Source: a virus (taxonomy: Duplodnaviria; Caudoviricetes). Taken from it: 53,013 nucleotides of DNA. The stretch's first letter is position 1, and every line of letters begins with the position of its first letter. The translations under genes and the position numbers were made by a program. This document shows, one piece after another, positions 25,785 to 34,264 of the stretch. The DNA is taken from positions 1-53,013 of IMG/VR virus record IMGVR_UViG_3300049926_000089. One strand, 5' to 3'. A model generated the notes under the pieces. That model was not told where the DNA came from. It did no database searches and worked only from the letters and a program-made list of their open reading frames with translations.

Positions 25785-27112
25785 GCGGCGGCGCTCCAGT
25801 GGTCGGCGACCCGCATCTGCTCGACCAGCTCGCTGGTGAAGGCGGCGGCCTCGCGCTCCTTGCGGGTGACGTTGGCGGCGATCTGCCCTTCGAGCTCGGA
25901 CAGGACGATGTGCACGTGCACCGGCCGGTTCTGGCCATACCGGTAGCAGCGGCGGATGGCCTGGTAGTAGGCCTCGTAGGAGTCGTTCATCCCGACGAAC
26001 GCCATGCGGGCGCAGTGCTGCCAGTTGAGGCCGAATGCGGCGATTCCGGGTTTTGTGATCAGGTACTGGATGTCGCCGGCGGCGAACGCGAGCAGCAGCT
26101 CGGCCTTCTGCTCGGGCTTCATCGAGCCGTGCACGTTGACCGCGCCGGGGATAGCCCGGGCCAACTGGTCGGCTTCATCGTTTAGCCCGCACCAGAGCAG
26201 CCACGGCTCGCCGGGCTCGGCGTGCACCAGCTCGGCGGCCCGGGCACACCGCGCGTCGAGGGTGGAGCGGCGCACCTGAGCTCGGCCGCCAACGCCGCCG
26301 AGGTCGGTGGCGAACAGCTGACCTTCAGGCGCGGGCAGGTCGACGTCGATCAGGTGCGGCGTCACCTGCAGCGGCGGCAGCACGTAGCCGTCGTCGGGGT
26401 AGCCGATGTCCGACGGCCGGCGCAGCGCGACCGCCCAGGTGGACATCCACCGGAACATCGGCGCCCGGGCGTGGCCCTTGGCCCGCCACCCGTCCTGGTC
26501 GTGGACGAAGTACGTCGAGAGCATCTCGCGGCGCGTGGCCTGGCCGAGGAACTCGGCGTGGTTGGCCAGCTCGGCGACGTCGTTGGGGGCTGGCGTGGCG
26601 GAGCACGCGAGGCGACGGGGGACTCGACCGAAATGCGCGATCAGCATGTCCCTGGTCTTCGACGTGACGTCTTTGAGGATTGACGACTCGTCGAGCACCA
26701 CGGCGTCCAGGACGCCCGGGTCGAAGTGCTCGACCATCTCGTAGTTGGTGATCCGGATCGCGTCGTCCTCGCCCGGGCGGTAGTCCTCGCGGACGTAGCG
26801 GTAGTCCTCGCGGACGTACCGGACGTCGACGCCGATCGTCGCGGCCTCCTTGACGGTCTGCGCGCAGACGGCGAGCGGCGCCACGATGAGGGTGCGCGAG
26901 CCGGACAGCCGGGCCCATTCGAGCTGCATGCGGGTCTTGCCGAGCCCGGTGTCCGCCCAGATCGCGGCCCGGCCGACCTTGACGGCCCAGGTGACGATGC
27001 GGGCCTGCCAGGGGTGCAGCGACGGGTGGACCGCGGCGACGTCGACGTCAGTTCCAATGGCCCGGGCGGCAGTCTGCTTGCGGGCGAGGAAGTCCAGGTA
27101 GGCAGCTGTCAT
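25781..27112 (-). CDS. SF2 (SNF2-like) helicase
   Basis: ADTGLGKT, TNYE, LDESS, SATPAPN, GLNWQ, QAIRRCYRYGQ; start MTAAYLDFL. Confidence 0.9.
   Translation of the reverse strand: MTAAYLDFLARKQTAARAIGTDVDVAAVHPSLHPWQARIVTWAVKVGRAAIWADTGLGKTRMQLEWARLSGSRTLIVAPLAVCAQTVKEAATIGVDVRYVREDYRYVREDYRPGEDDAIRITNYEMVEHFDPGVLDAVVLDESSILKDVTSKTRDMLIAHFGRVPRRLACSATPAPNDVAELANHAEFLGQATRREMLSTYFVHDQDGWRAKGHARAPMFRWMSTWAVALRRPSDIGYPDDGYVLPPLQVTPHLIDVDLPAPEGQLFATDLGGVGGRAQVRRSTLDARCARAAELVHAEPGEPWLLWCGLNDEADQLARAIPGAVNVHGSMKPEQKAELLLAFAAGDIQYLITKPGIAAFGLNWQHCARMAFVGMNDSYEAYYQAIRRCYRYGQNRPVHVHIVLSELEGQIAANVTRKEREAAAFTSELVEQMRVADHWSAAA
26777..26818. repeat. in-frame 21-bp tandem duplication in the helicase
   Basis: GCGGTAGTCCTCGCGGACGTA x2, encoding YVREDYR x2. 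Confidence 0.9.
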
Positions 27113-27270
27113 GCCGCCCTCCCCGGGCTGGTCGCGGACAGTGCGGTGTAGGCGCGTTCGGCGTCGCGTACCTGCTCGTAGTGCTGGTGGCTGGTCCAGC
27201 CGCAGCTGCGCGCGGTGCGGGCCCGGTCGAGGGCGCGGATGTATTCGAGGGCGGCCTCGTAGCGGGTCAC
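27109..27270 (-). CDS. hypothetical protein
   Basis: GTG start VTRYEAALEY; coupled on both sides. Confidence 0.55.
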   Translation of the reverse strand: MTRYEAALEYIRALDRARTARSCGWTSHQHYEQVRDAERAYTALSATSPGRAA

Positions 27271-27458
27271 CGGGCACCGTCCTGTTCCGCCCAGCTGTCG
27301 GTGGCGCACACGGCGCAGGTGTGCGCGAAGTCGGTCGATTCGTGGCACCTGTCGATGCAACTGCGGCAGAACTTGGTGTCCAGGTACCGGGCGCGGCCGT
27401 TGAAAGACGTGTCGGCTGGGTCGAACTTCTGCCCGCAGCGGGCGCAGTCGTCACGCAT
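27267..27458 (-). CDS. small Zn-finger protein
   Basis: CARC..CRSCIDRC..CAVC. Confidence 0.65.
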   Translation of the reverse strand: MRDDCARCGQKFDPADTSFNGRARYLDTKFCRSCIDRCHESTDFAHTCAVCATDSWAEQDGAR

Positions 27459-27678
27459 GGCCGTCACCGCCGTCCTTCCGAGCCCACGTCCAGTCGCCGT
27501 CGGCGTAGTCGCTGTAGTGGCCGGGTTTGCCGTCGGCGTTCCAATCGTTGATCGCGGTCGCGGTGGCGTCGAAGCCGAACTTCGCGCACACCTGCAGGTA
27601 GGTGGGCGGTGCGAGGTGGGCGTGTTCGCGCAGGTCGCGGGACACGGCGCGCAGCTCGCTGTGGAAGAAGTAGGTCAT
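27451..27678 (-). CDS. hypothetical protein
   Basis: Coupled 75-aa ORF. Confidence 0.6.
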   Translation of the reverse strand: MTYFFHSELRAVSRDLREHAHLAPPTYLQVCAKFGFDATATAINDWNADGKPGHYSDYADGDWTWARKDGGDGHA

Positions 27679-27848
27679 CGGGCACCCGCTTCGGGTTCGT
27701 CGTACTGCGGGTCTCGCCAGTCGCCGGCGTAGCCGTTGTGCGCCCAGCGCTCCATGCGGTTCGCAACCTCGGTCCAGCCGGCGTCTTCGATCTCGGGTGT
27801 CCAGTGCCAGCCGCAGTACTCGGTCGGGCTGCAGTCAGGGCAGCTCAT
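27675..27848 (-). CDS. hypothetical protein
   Basis: MSCPDCSPTEYCGWHW...; ATGA coupling. Confidence 0.6.
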   Translation of the reverse strand: MSCPDCSPTEYCGWHWTPEIEDAGWTEVANRMERWAHNGYAGDWRDPQYDEPEAGAR

Positions 27849-28174
27849 CGGGTCACCGCCGGGATGCCGACGAGGTCGAGGTAGACGCCGTCGTCGAAGC
27901 GGTGGATGAACGCGGTGACCGCGGCCGGTAGCCGCACGTTGACGCGCTGGTCGACGGGGTCGCCGAAGTCGAGGGTGGCGTAGGTGTCGCCGACGACGAC
28001 CTGCGCCGGGTTCAGGTCGGAGCACAGCAGGTAGATCTCGATGGGGCAGGGCCCGCAGGCGATCCGCGCACCTTTGACGTTCAGCGCGCGGAGCCGGTCG
28101 GCGACGGCGTCGGGGGTGTTGCCGAGCTGGTCGAGCAGGCGGGTGACGCAGACGGTGACGATTTCGGCGATCAT
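27845..28174 (-). CDS. hypothetical phage protein
   Basis: LGNTPDAVADRL...CPI...FIHRFDDGVY. Confidence 0.7.
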   Translation of the reverse strand: MIAEIVTVCVTRLLDQLGNTPDAVADRLRALNVKGARIACGPCPIEIYLLCSDLNPAQVVVGDTYATLDFGDPVDQRVNVRLPAAVTAFIHRFDDGVYLDLVGIPAVTR

Positions 28175-28365
28175 CGGGCACCGCCTTCGACGCGCCGGAA
28201 TGTGGCGGAGAGCGGGAGCGGCTGCCGCTTTGTCCACGTCGAGCCGGGGACGGTGCAGCGGATGTCGGCCCAGGACTCGTCCCGGGCGACCCGCGTGACG
28301 GTCACGACTACGGACGGCTGGGCGCCGAACAGGTAGCGGTCGCCTTTGCTGACTGGCGCAGTCAT
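28171..28365 (-). CDS. hypothetical protein
   Basis: Coupled 64-aa ORF. Confidence 0.6.
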   Translation of the reverse strand: MTAPVSKGDRYLFGAQPSVVVTVTRVARDESWADIRCTVPGSTWTKRQPLPLSATFRRVEGGAR

Positions 28366-28691
28366 GAGGCACCGCCTGCGGCGTTGAGCCCAGCGGCCAT
28401 AGCCTTCGCCTGCTCGTATCGGACGAAGCAGCCGGTGGACCGGTCGCCGTCGTCACCGAAGTAGAGGTTGAGCTCGAAGATGCAGTCGCCAGCGGCGTAC
28501 GAGCCGGGCAATCTCAGAACCGCCTCCGGGTCGTCGTCCTCAGGCGTCGGCAGGGCGGATGCCCGACGAATGCTGATCTCGGCCCACTCCTCCTCGCCGC
28601 ACTCCTCGATGGCTCGCTCGACGGAGGGGTAGACGTATCCGTGGTCGTCGGACAGGACGGCCCGCCAGGGACCCTTCAGGTGATTGGTCAT
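28362..28691 (-). CDS. hypothetical protein
   Basis: Start MTNHLKGPW; flanked by the 10-bp repeat GTCATGAGGC. Confidence 0.6.
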   Translation of the reverse strand: MTNHLKGPWRAVLSDDHGYVYPSVERAIEECGEEEWAEISIRRASALPTPEDDDPEAVLRLPGSYAAGDCIFELNLYFGDDGDRSTGCFVRYEQAKAMAAGLNAAGGAS

Positions 28692-28882
28692 GAGGCGCTC
28701 CCGGTCCGCAGCGCCCGTTCGGTGTCGATGGCCTGGCGCATCCGCCGGGTCAGCGGGGACGCGGGCAGGTACTCGGCGCGTTCGGCCTCGTGGTCGAGGG
28801 TGAGCTGGTCGGCGGTGTGCAGGCCGGTCTCGAAGGCGTGGAAGCAGCGCTCCAGCAGGGCGGTGTTGTCGACGGTCGCCAT
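28688..28882 (-). CDS. hypothetical protein
   Basis: Coupled 64-aa ORF. Confidence 0.6.
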   Translation of the reverse strand: MATVDNTALLERCFHAFETGLHTADQLTLDHEAERAEYLPASPLTRRMRQAIDTERALRTGSAS

Positions 28883-29157
28883 CAGAGGTCGCCGCCCTCG
28901 GACTGGGTGACGGCCTGGTCGAGGGCGTCAAGGACGGCGACGGTCAGCCGGCACTTCCCCTCGGCGTCGCCGATGAGCCCGTGAATGGAGCTGATCATCG
29001 TGATGGCGATCGTGTCGGCGACGACGCTGCCGAGGCCGGGGTTGGCGTCGATCTCCGCGCGCAGGTACCGGGCGGTGGCGGCGACGTCGCCGTACAGCCA
29101 GGGGGCGCGCTGCTCAGGCTGGTCGGACGGTGTGGGTGGGAGCTGTTCGGCTGGCAT
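28882..29157 (-). CDS. hypothetical protein
   Basis: 91 aa, first gene after the tandem hairpins. Confidence 0.6.
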   Translation of the reverse strand: MPAEQLPPTPSDQPEQRAPWLYGDVAATARYLRAEIDANPGLGSVVADTIAITMISSIHGLIGDAEGKCRLTVAVLDALDQAVTQSEGGDL

Positions 29158-29177
29158 GGGATACTTCTTTCGGTTAG

Positions 29178-29274
29178 GTGCCCTCAGTGAGTTCTGCGAT
29201 GAGCCGCTGGGGGCACTTGCTGTCGAATCGGTCCCGAGCTGGTGGTCTTGGTCGGCTCAGCCAGCCCGGGACCG
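29178..29274 (-). promoter_or_regulatory. two tandem stem-loops in the early transcript
   Basis: Stems 29229-29242/29261-29274 and 29178-29189/29205-29216. Confidence 0.55.
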
Positions 29275-29277
29275 GGC

Positions 29278-29748
29278 TCAGGTGGCCTCGATGGCCGTGG
29301 CGCGGTAGCCGGCTATCTGGGCCAGCCGGGACGGCTTCGCCTGTTTGCGCGAGCGCGGCTCGCGCTTCCAGGGCAGGCCCTGGTAGACGCGCTCTTCGCG
29401 GATCAGCAGGACTGCGCAGCACAGGAGCTGTTCGAGCTCTGGTTCGTCGCAGTCGTCGGCGATGCGGAAGAGGTGCCAACCCTGTGTGAGCAGCCAGGCG
29501 TCGCGCTCGCGGTCCCGCTCGGAGGCGCCGGGCATCCGGTGGAAGAAGCCGTCGGCTTCGATACCCATGAAGACATCGGGGTCGGCAAAGTCGATCCTGT
29601 AGGCACCGACCGTGTGCTGTTGTACGAGGTCAGTGGCCCGAACGCCGATCCGGTTGAGGCGCAGCGCGAACCGGTTCTCCAGGGAGCTGCCGGACGCCCA
29701 GCCCCTCGCTTCGACGGCTGACCTCGTGTACCGGTCCACGGCAGTCAT
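29278..29748 (-). CDS. DUF559/Vsr-like endonuclease domain protein
   Basis: Q..VGAYRIDFA..IEADG..H..RDRERDAWL..GW..RI. Confidence 0.85.
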   Translation of the reverse strand: MTAVDRYTRSAVEARGWASGSSLENRFALRLNRIGVRATDLVQQHTVGAYRIDFADPDVFMGIEADGFFHRMPGASERDRERDAWLLTQGWHLFRIADDCDEPELEQLLCCAVLLIREERVYQGLPWKREPRSRKQAKPSRLAQIAGYRATAIEAT

Positions 29749-29900
29749 GCCGCGTTCCTTCGTCCGGCTCGTGTGTCCTTACGGATGCCGACGGGCATGT
29801 CGGGGCGCAGCAGGATGGCGAGGCGCACGCGCTGGTCGGGCGTCAGCGGCGGTGCGGCCGCGACGAGCCGGCGGATGTGCTCGCGGACGTGGGCGTTCAT
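29745..29900 (-). CDS. putative recombination directionality factor (phiRv1 Rv1584c-like)
   Basis: IRRLVAAAPPLTPDQRVRLAILLRP resembles the APPLT..QR.RLA.LLRP motif recalled for the phiRv1 RDF; follows cro. Confidence 0.65.
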   Translation of the reverse strand: MNAHVREHIRRLVAAAPPLTPDQRVRLAILLRPDMPVGIRKDTRAGRRNAA

Positions 29901-30172
29901 GCGACGCGGCCGCAGACGCAGACGTGCTCGTCGTCGCCCTCGTCGTCGCCGGCGATCTCCTCGACGGAGAAGGCGCTGGTGATGGCTGCCAGCGGGACGC
30001 CGAGGGTGTCGGCGATCTTCCGCAGGACCTCGACGGAGGCCTTCTTGCCGGACTCGTTCTCGATGTTGGACAGGTGAAAGCGGCTGATGCCTACTGCGGA
30101 AGCAAGCCGGACGCCCTTCCACCCTTTGGCTTCTCGGATCGCCTTGATGGCGGGGCCGTTGGGGAGTGGCAT
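29897..30172 (-). CDS. Cro-like XRE HTH regulator
   Basis: IKAIREAKGW..LASAVGIS..LSNIEN; divergent from the repressor. Confidence 0.85.
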   Translation of the reverse strand: MPLPNGPAIKAIREAKGWKGVRLASAVGISRFHLSNIENESGKKASVEVLRKIADTLGVPLAAITSAFSVEEIAGDDEGDDEHVCVCGRVA

Positions 30173-30179
30173 GTGGGAA

Positions 30180-30208
30180 ACATTAGGAACCAGACGGCAC
30201 CATGTCAA
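30180..30208 (-). promoter_or_regulatory. early lytic promoter, probably leaderless
   Basis: TTGACA-17 nt-TAATGT, with 7 nt to the cro ATG. Confidence 0.8.
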
Positions 30209-30374
30209 GAAGCAAACGGAAACAACCGGATGCTGGAAGAACCAGCCCACTACCGGGGTCGGCAGATCGGCCGTATCCTTGAGATCAATTCACGTATGGC
30301 CCTGTGGGGAGGCTGGTATGTCGGATTCCGTGTCGAGGCTGTCGGTTGCCGAATGTTTCCTAGATGATGGGCGC

Positions 30375-30833
30375 ATGTCGGACTGGGAGCGTCTCGGTAG
30401 CTACGTGGTCGCGCGCAGGGTCAAGCTCGGTTTCAAGCAGCGTGGAGACTTCGCTTCTGCAGTTGGCGTCAGTACTCGGGTGATCAGCGACATTGAGAAC
30501 GGTCGACGCGGGAACTTCGACGCGGTGACCATCGCGTCGCTCGAGGAGGCCCTCGGCTGGGAAACAGGCAGCTTCGCGAGCGTTGCCGAGGGAGGGGAGC
30601 CGAGCTTCCGTCCGGAGGTCGTCACCGCCACTGCGCCGGGCCTGCACGGGAGCCGTCAGACCTCGGACGAGATCGAGATGATCTACGCGTCCACGACGAT
30701 GACGCCCCTGCAGAAGCTCGAGGCGATCCGGATAGTGCTGGAACTTCGTGCCGAGGTCGAAGCCGGGTCAGGCAGTCCATGCGATGACGACGGACTCCGG
30801 CCGGAACGTCCGCGTACCACGTCCGGGGGGTAG
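30375..30833 (+). CDS. immunity repressor (XRE HTH)
   Basis: MSDWERLGSYVVARR..FASAVGVSTRVISDIENG..LEEALGW.TGS. Confidence 0.85.
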   Translation: MSDWERLGSYVVARRVKLGFKQRGDFASAVGVSTRVISDIENGRRGNFDAVTIASLEEALGWETGSFASVAEGGEPSFRPEVVTATAPGLHGSRQTSDEIEMIYASTTMTPLQKLEAIRIVLELRAEVEAGSGSPCDDDGLRPERPRTTSGG

Positions 30834-32219
30834 CAGCGTCACGGTCATCAGCGTCTCGATGACGGCACGTTGGCGGCCCACGCCCAGGCCCTCCCAGACC
30901 GCGCGCACGTCGGGAGCGCCGACCAGCTGCCCCAGCACGTCGACCCGGCCGGCGACCGCCTGCGCCGCCTCCACCTCCGCCAGCTTCGCGCGCAGCTTCG
31001 ACGACTCCCGCCGCACGCCGGTCTCGGTCAGGACCCCGTCCGCCAGCAGCCCGGCCAGGCTGTCCAGGCGCACCCGCAGGGCACGGGCCTCCCGGCGCAG
31101 CTTCGCGGCGTCCGGCCTGCTGTCACCGGCGAGCAGCTGGGCGGCGTCCGGGTTCTGCAGGCGCTGCACCGCGAGCTCGGACACGTACTCGTCCACCGGC
31201 CGCGCCGCGCGGCCGACGTGCCCCATCGCCGCCCGGCACCGATATGTGGTGTGCCCGGGCCGCCCTCCCCTGGCCGGCGCGGCACCCCGGTGGACCGTGG
31301 CCCCGCACACCCCGCACCGGGCGACGCCGGTGAGCAGGCCCCGGCCGGAGCGCGGAAGGTTGGCCCGGGACGGGTCGGTGAGGATCTCCACGGCGGCGCG
31401 CCAGGTCTCCTCCGACACCAGGGGTTCCCAGGCGGCCGGCCCCACGATGCCATTCAGCCGGGCGACGCGCGGGTTCATCGATTCGAGCATGTGCTCGGTG
31501 ACGTGGGAGCGCAGCCCGGCGTACCGGGGGTTGAGGAACATGGCGCGGATGGTCTGGGCGGTCCAGGCGGAGGGCGATCCGTCGCGTCTCGGTTGGGGCG
31601 TGAGCAGGCCGCGGGTGTTCCATTCAGCGGCTATGCGGCCCAGCGCGACGCCGGCCAGGACGGCCTCGAATCCGGAGACCACGGCCGCGGCCTCGGCTTC
31701 CCGCACGGTCATCCCGTCGGGTTCGTAGCCGAACGGGCGCCGGCCGCCGATGCGCCGGCCCTGTTCGGCGGCCTGCAGGGCGGCGCGGCGCTGACGGTCG
31801 GATTTCTGATCTACCTCGTGCTGGGCGACCGAGCCGAGGATGTCCGCGGTGAGCCGCCCGGCGGGGGTGCTGAGGTCGAGGTCGGTGCCGCGGACGAACG
31901 CAACGGTGAGGCCGTGACGCTTGCCCAGCTCGAGGAGCCGGAGCCGGTCGCGGGAGTTGCGGGTGAGCCGGGTCATGTCCCAGGCCACCACGCACGTGGC
32001 GAGGCCGTCCTGGACGGCGGTCAGGACGGCCTCGAATCCGGGCCGGATGCGTTTGCCGGCGGCGCTGATGTCGTTGTCGACGTGCTCGGCCACGACGTGC
32101 CAGCCGCGTAGTTCAGCCATCTTGCGGGCGTCTTCGCGCTGGCGGGACACGCCCAGCTCCTCGCCGGTGCGGTCCTGGCTCTGCCGGAGGTAGATGACGG
32201 TATCCACATACGCCATCAT
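30768..32219 (-). CDS. int: large serine integrase
   Basis: YLRQS catalytic Ser, DNDISA, RPGF, D.TRLTR, PFGY recombinase domain, Zn ribbon CGVCG..YRC; start may be GTG at 32207. Confidence 0.96.
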   Translation of the reverse strand: MMAYVDTVIYLRQSQDRTGEELGVSRQREDARKMAELRGWHVVAEHVDNDISAAGKRIRPGFEAVLTAVQDGLATCVVAWDMTRLTRNSRDRLRLLELGKRHGLTVAFVRGTDLDLSTPAGRLTADILGSVAQHEVDQKSDRQRRAALQAAEQGRRIGGRRPFGYEPDGMTVREAEAAAVVSGFEAVLAGVALGRIAAEWNTRGLLTPQPRRDGSPSAWTAQTIRAMFLNPRYAGLRSHVTEHMLESMNPRVARLNGIVGPAAWEPLVSEETWRAAVEILTDPSRANLPRSGRGLLTGVARCGVCGATVHRGAAPARGGRPGHTTYRCRAAMGHVGRAARPVDEYVSELAVQRLQNPDAAQLLAGDSRPDAAKLRREARALRVRLDSLAGLLADGVLTETGVRRESSKLRAKLAEVEAAQAVAGRVDVLGQLVGAPDVRAVWEGLGVGRQRAVIETLMTVTLLPPGRGTRTFRPESVVIAWTA

Positions 32220-32256
32220 CGCATCCTTGTGCTCACAAGGATGGCGTTGTGGCGTA
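32209..32256. other. candidate attP
   Basis: 48-bp dyad TACGCCA-N6-CATCCTTGTG-CT-CACAAGGATG-N6-TGGCGTA at the 5' end of int. Confidence 0.75.
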
Positions 32257-32266
32257 GTTCAGGGGG

Positions 32267-32620
32267 CTACCTGAGTAGCGGGTCGTCGACGTCGGGGCAC
32301 TGTCCGCGCCAGCCGCGCATCCAGCCGTCGAGCTGTCCGCGCCGGTAGAACTCCTGGCAGCCGGCCAGCATGGCCCGCAGGCAGATCAGGCCGCCGCAGA
32401 TCCCTGCGACGACGAGGCAGGCGCCGGCGTACACGGCGTAGCGCAGGCTGTGCGGGTGGGCGAGGTCCAGGCCGACGAGGACCAGGCCGCCGGCGGCGGC
32501 CACCGTCCCGAAGACCCAGATACCGACGACGAGGCGACTCGACCGGGACGTCTTGTCCTTGTCCACGGCGGACGGCTGCAGCGCCCGCTCGACGGTGTCG
32601 CGCTCGATCGATGCGGTCAT
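32267..32620 (-). CDS. two-TM membrane protein
   Basis: GGAGG RBS; two hydrophobic helices. Confidence 0.7.
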   Translation of the reverse strand: MTASIERDTVERALQPSAVDKDKTSRSSRLVVGIWVFGTVAAAGGLVLVGLDLAHPHSLRYAVYAGACLVVAGICGGLICLRAMLAGCQEFYRRGQLDGWMRGWRGQCPDVDDPLLR

Positions 32621-32889
32621 GTGTCGCCTCCGTGCCGGGCCCGTCTGAGGTACGAAACTTGCATCATCCTCGGATGTGGCGACGACAGCCAGTGGTCAAT
32701 CCGATCGAGATCAGTGACTGGACGACCCACCCACGTCCGAAGGTGCCGTCTCTGGTCGCCGATCGTCCGGTTCACCGCGGGGACGGTTCCGCCCGGTGGC
32801 GTCGACCGTCCACTCTGGGCACAGCGGCCGGGTCTTGGGACTGGGCCCGGCCGCTCCAGTCCTGACCGGTCCTGCCGCCGGGAGTGACC

Positions 32890-33456
32890 ATGAGCGTTGA
32901 TCCCCACCAGCCCTATCAGCCGCAGAACGCCCCGGCCCAGCCGGCGGTCCCGGCGGCGTCCAAGAGGAGCCGGCTCTGGATCTTCCTGGCCGCCGGCGCT
33001 TCTCTGCTCTTCGTGGTCATCGCGGTCTCGGTCGCCATCACCCTCGCGGTGCAGCGCGGATCGGACAAGCCTTCGGCGCAGCCCACCCAGGGCACTGAGC
33101 CGGGGCAGCCGCTCGAAACGTTGCCGGATCCGACGACAGCGGCGCCTGCGCCTGCGGCTACGCCGTCGGTCTCCGACATCCACCTCACGCCGAAGATCAC
33201 CCAGAAGGAGTGCTTCGGGTCTGCCGGCTGCCTTCTCACACTGAAGGTCAAGTTCGCCTATGACGGCCCAGCGCTGAGCAGCGACGACACATGGCTGGTC
33301 ACCTACGACGTCAACGGTGTCGAGGACGGCCCTCTCGTCGGCTCGTTCGAGGTGACCGGCGACCAGTACACGGTGAACGAGGAGAACGTCTCCACGAAGA
33401 GCACGAAGAGCAAGGTGACCATCAAGGCCACCAGCGTGGAGAAGGTCGGCTCCTAA
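32890..33456 (+). CDS. membrane-anchored exported protein (possible superinfection exclusion)
   Basis: TM helix, Pro/Thr linker, KECFGSAGC beta domain; close to attP. Confidence 0.75.
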   Translation: MSVDPHQPYQPQNAPAQPAVPAASKRSRLWIFLAAGASLLFVVIAVSVAITLAVQRGSDKPSAQPTQGTEPGQPLETLPDPTTAAPAPAATPSVSDIHLTPKITQKECFGSAGCLLTLKVKFAYDGPALSSDDTWLVTYDVNGVEDGPLVGSFEVTGDQYTVNEENVSTKSTKSKVTIKATSVEKVGS

Positions 33457-33487
33457 CGTGAGGTGGTGAATAGATCATTGTCTTTGG

Positions 33488-34264
33488 TCATTGTTCAGGC
33501 AAATCATACTGAATTTGGTATTTCTGACCCGCTTTTACCATGACGGTTACCTCGACTGGCTGCTGGTGATCTGAATAGACCACGCGAAACTGTCGAAGTA
33601 CCGGCATGTCTTCGGGCAGCTGCAATGCCGTGAATTCGTCAACCGTGGCCAAGCGAGTCAACACTAGGTCTACAGCGTTGCGCAGCGGGTAGCCCAACGC
33701 TGCGAGAACAACCGGGGTCCCGCCCTTGATCTTTCGGGGTTCGGCCAGTTGTGTCCCGCGAGCCATGTCAGTTCTGTAGTAGGACCAGACCAATTCGGCC
33801 GGTTCGTTGTCGAGCTTGAGCAGTTGGTGGCGGACGACGACCGGAGTACCGAGGTCGAGCTCGTATGCTGCGGCAACCTCGGCCGGCGCTGGGACTTCGC
33901 CGACGAGCCGAAGGTCGCTCTTGGCGGTATGCCCCCGGCTGACATGTTCAGTGATCCACGGGTATGGCTGCCCTTTGTCAGCCGGGATCGGGTAGTGACT
34001 GGAATGCATCACCGCTGGCTGGTGGGCAGTGACGAAGACGCCGACGCCGGCCCTGCCTTCAACGAAGCGCTCAGCTTTGAGTATTGACAAGGCGCGTTGC
34101 ACCGTCTTGTCGGATACGCCGTATTGCGCCATCAGATCAGCCGTCGAGGGGAGTCGTTCTCCCGCACGAAGGTCACCAGACAGGATGAGAGCGCGCAGGT
34201 TGGCGGCGATCTGCTGTTGCCGCTCCCGGACGCCATCGTCTGGAGCTTTGCCGGGTTGTGTCAT
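33488..34264 (-). CDS. GntR/HutC regulator with UTRA domain (Kor-like)
   Basis: IAANLRALILSG.L.AGERLPST..L...YGVS..TV.RAL..L..GVGVFV wHTH plus UTRA domain. Confidence 0.92.
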   Translation of the reverse strand: MTQPGKAPDDGVRERQQQIAANLRALILSGDLRAGERLPSTADLMAQYGVSDKTVQRALSILKAERFVEGRAGVGVFVTAHQPAVMHSSHYPIPADKGQPYPWITEHVSRGHTAKSDLRLVGEVPAPAEVAAAYELDLGTPVVVRHQLLKLDNEPAELVWSYYRTDMARGTQLAEPRKIKGGTPVVLAALGYPLRNAVDLVLTRLATVDEFTALQLPEDMPVLRQFRVVYSDHQQPVEVTVMVKAGQKYQIQYDLPEQ

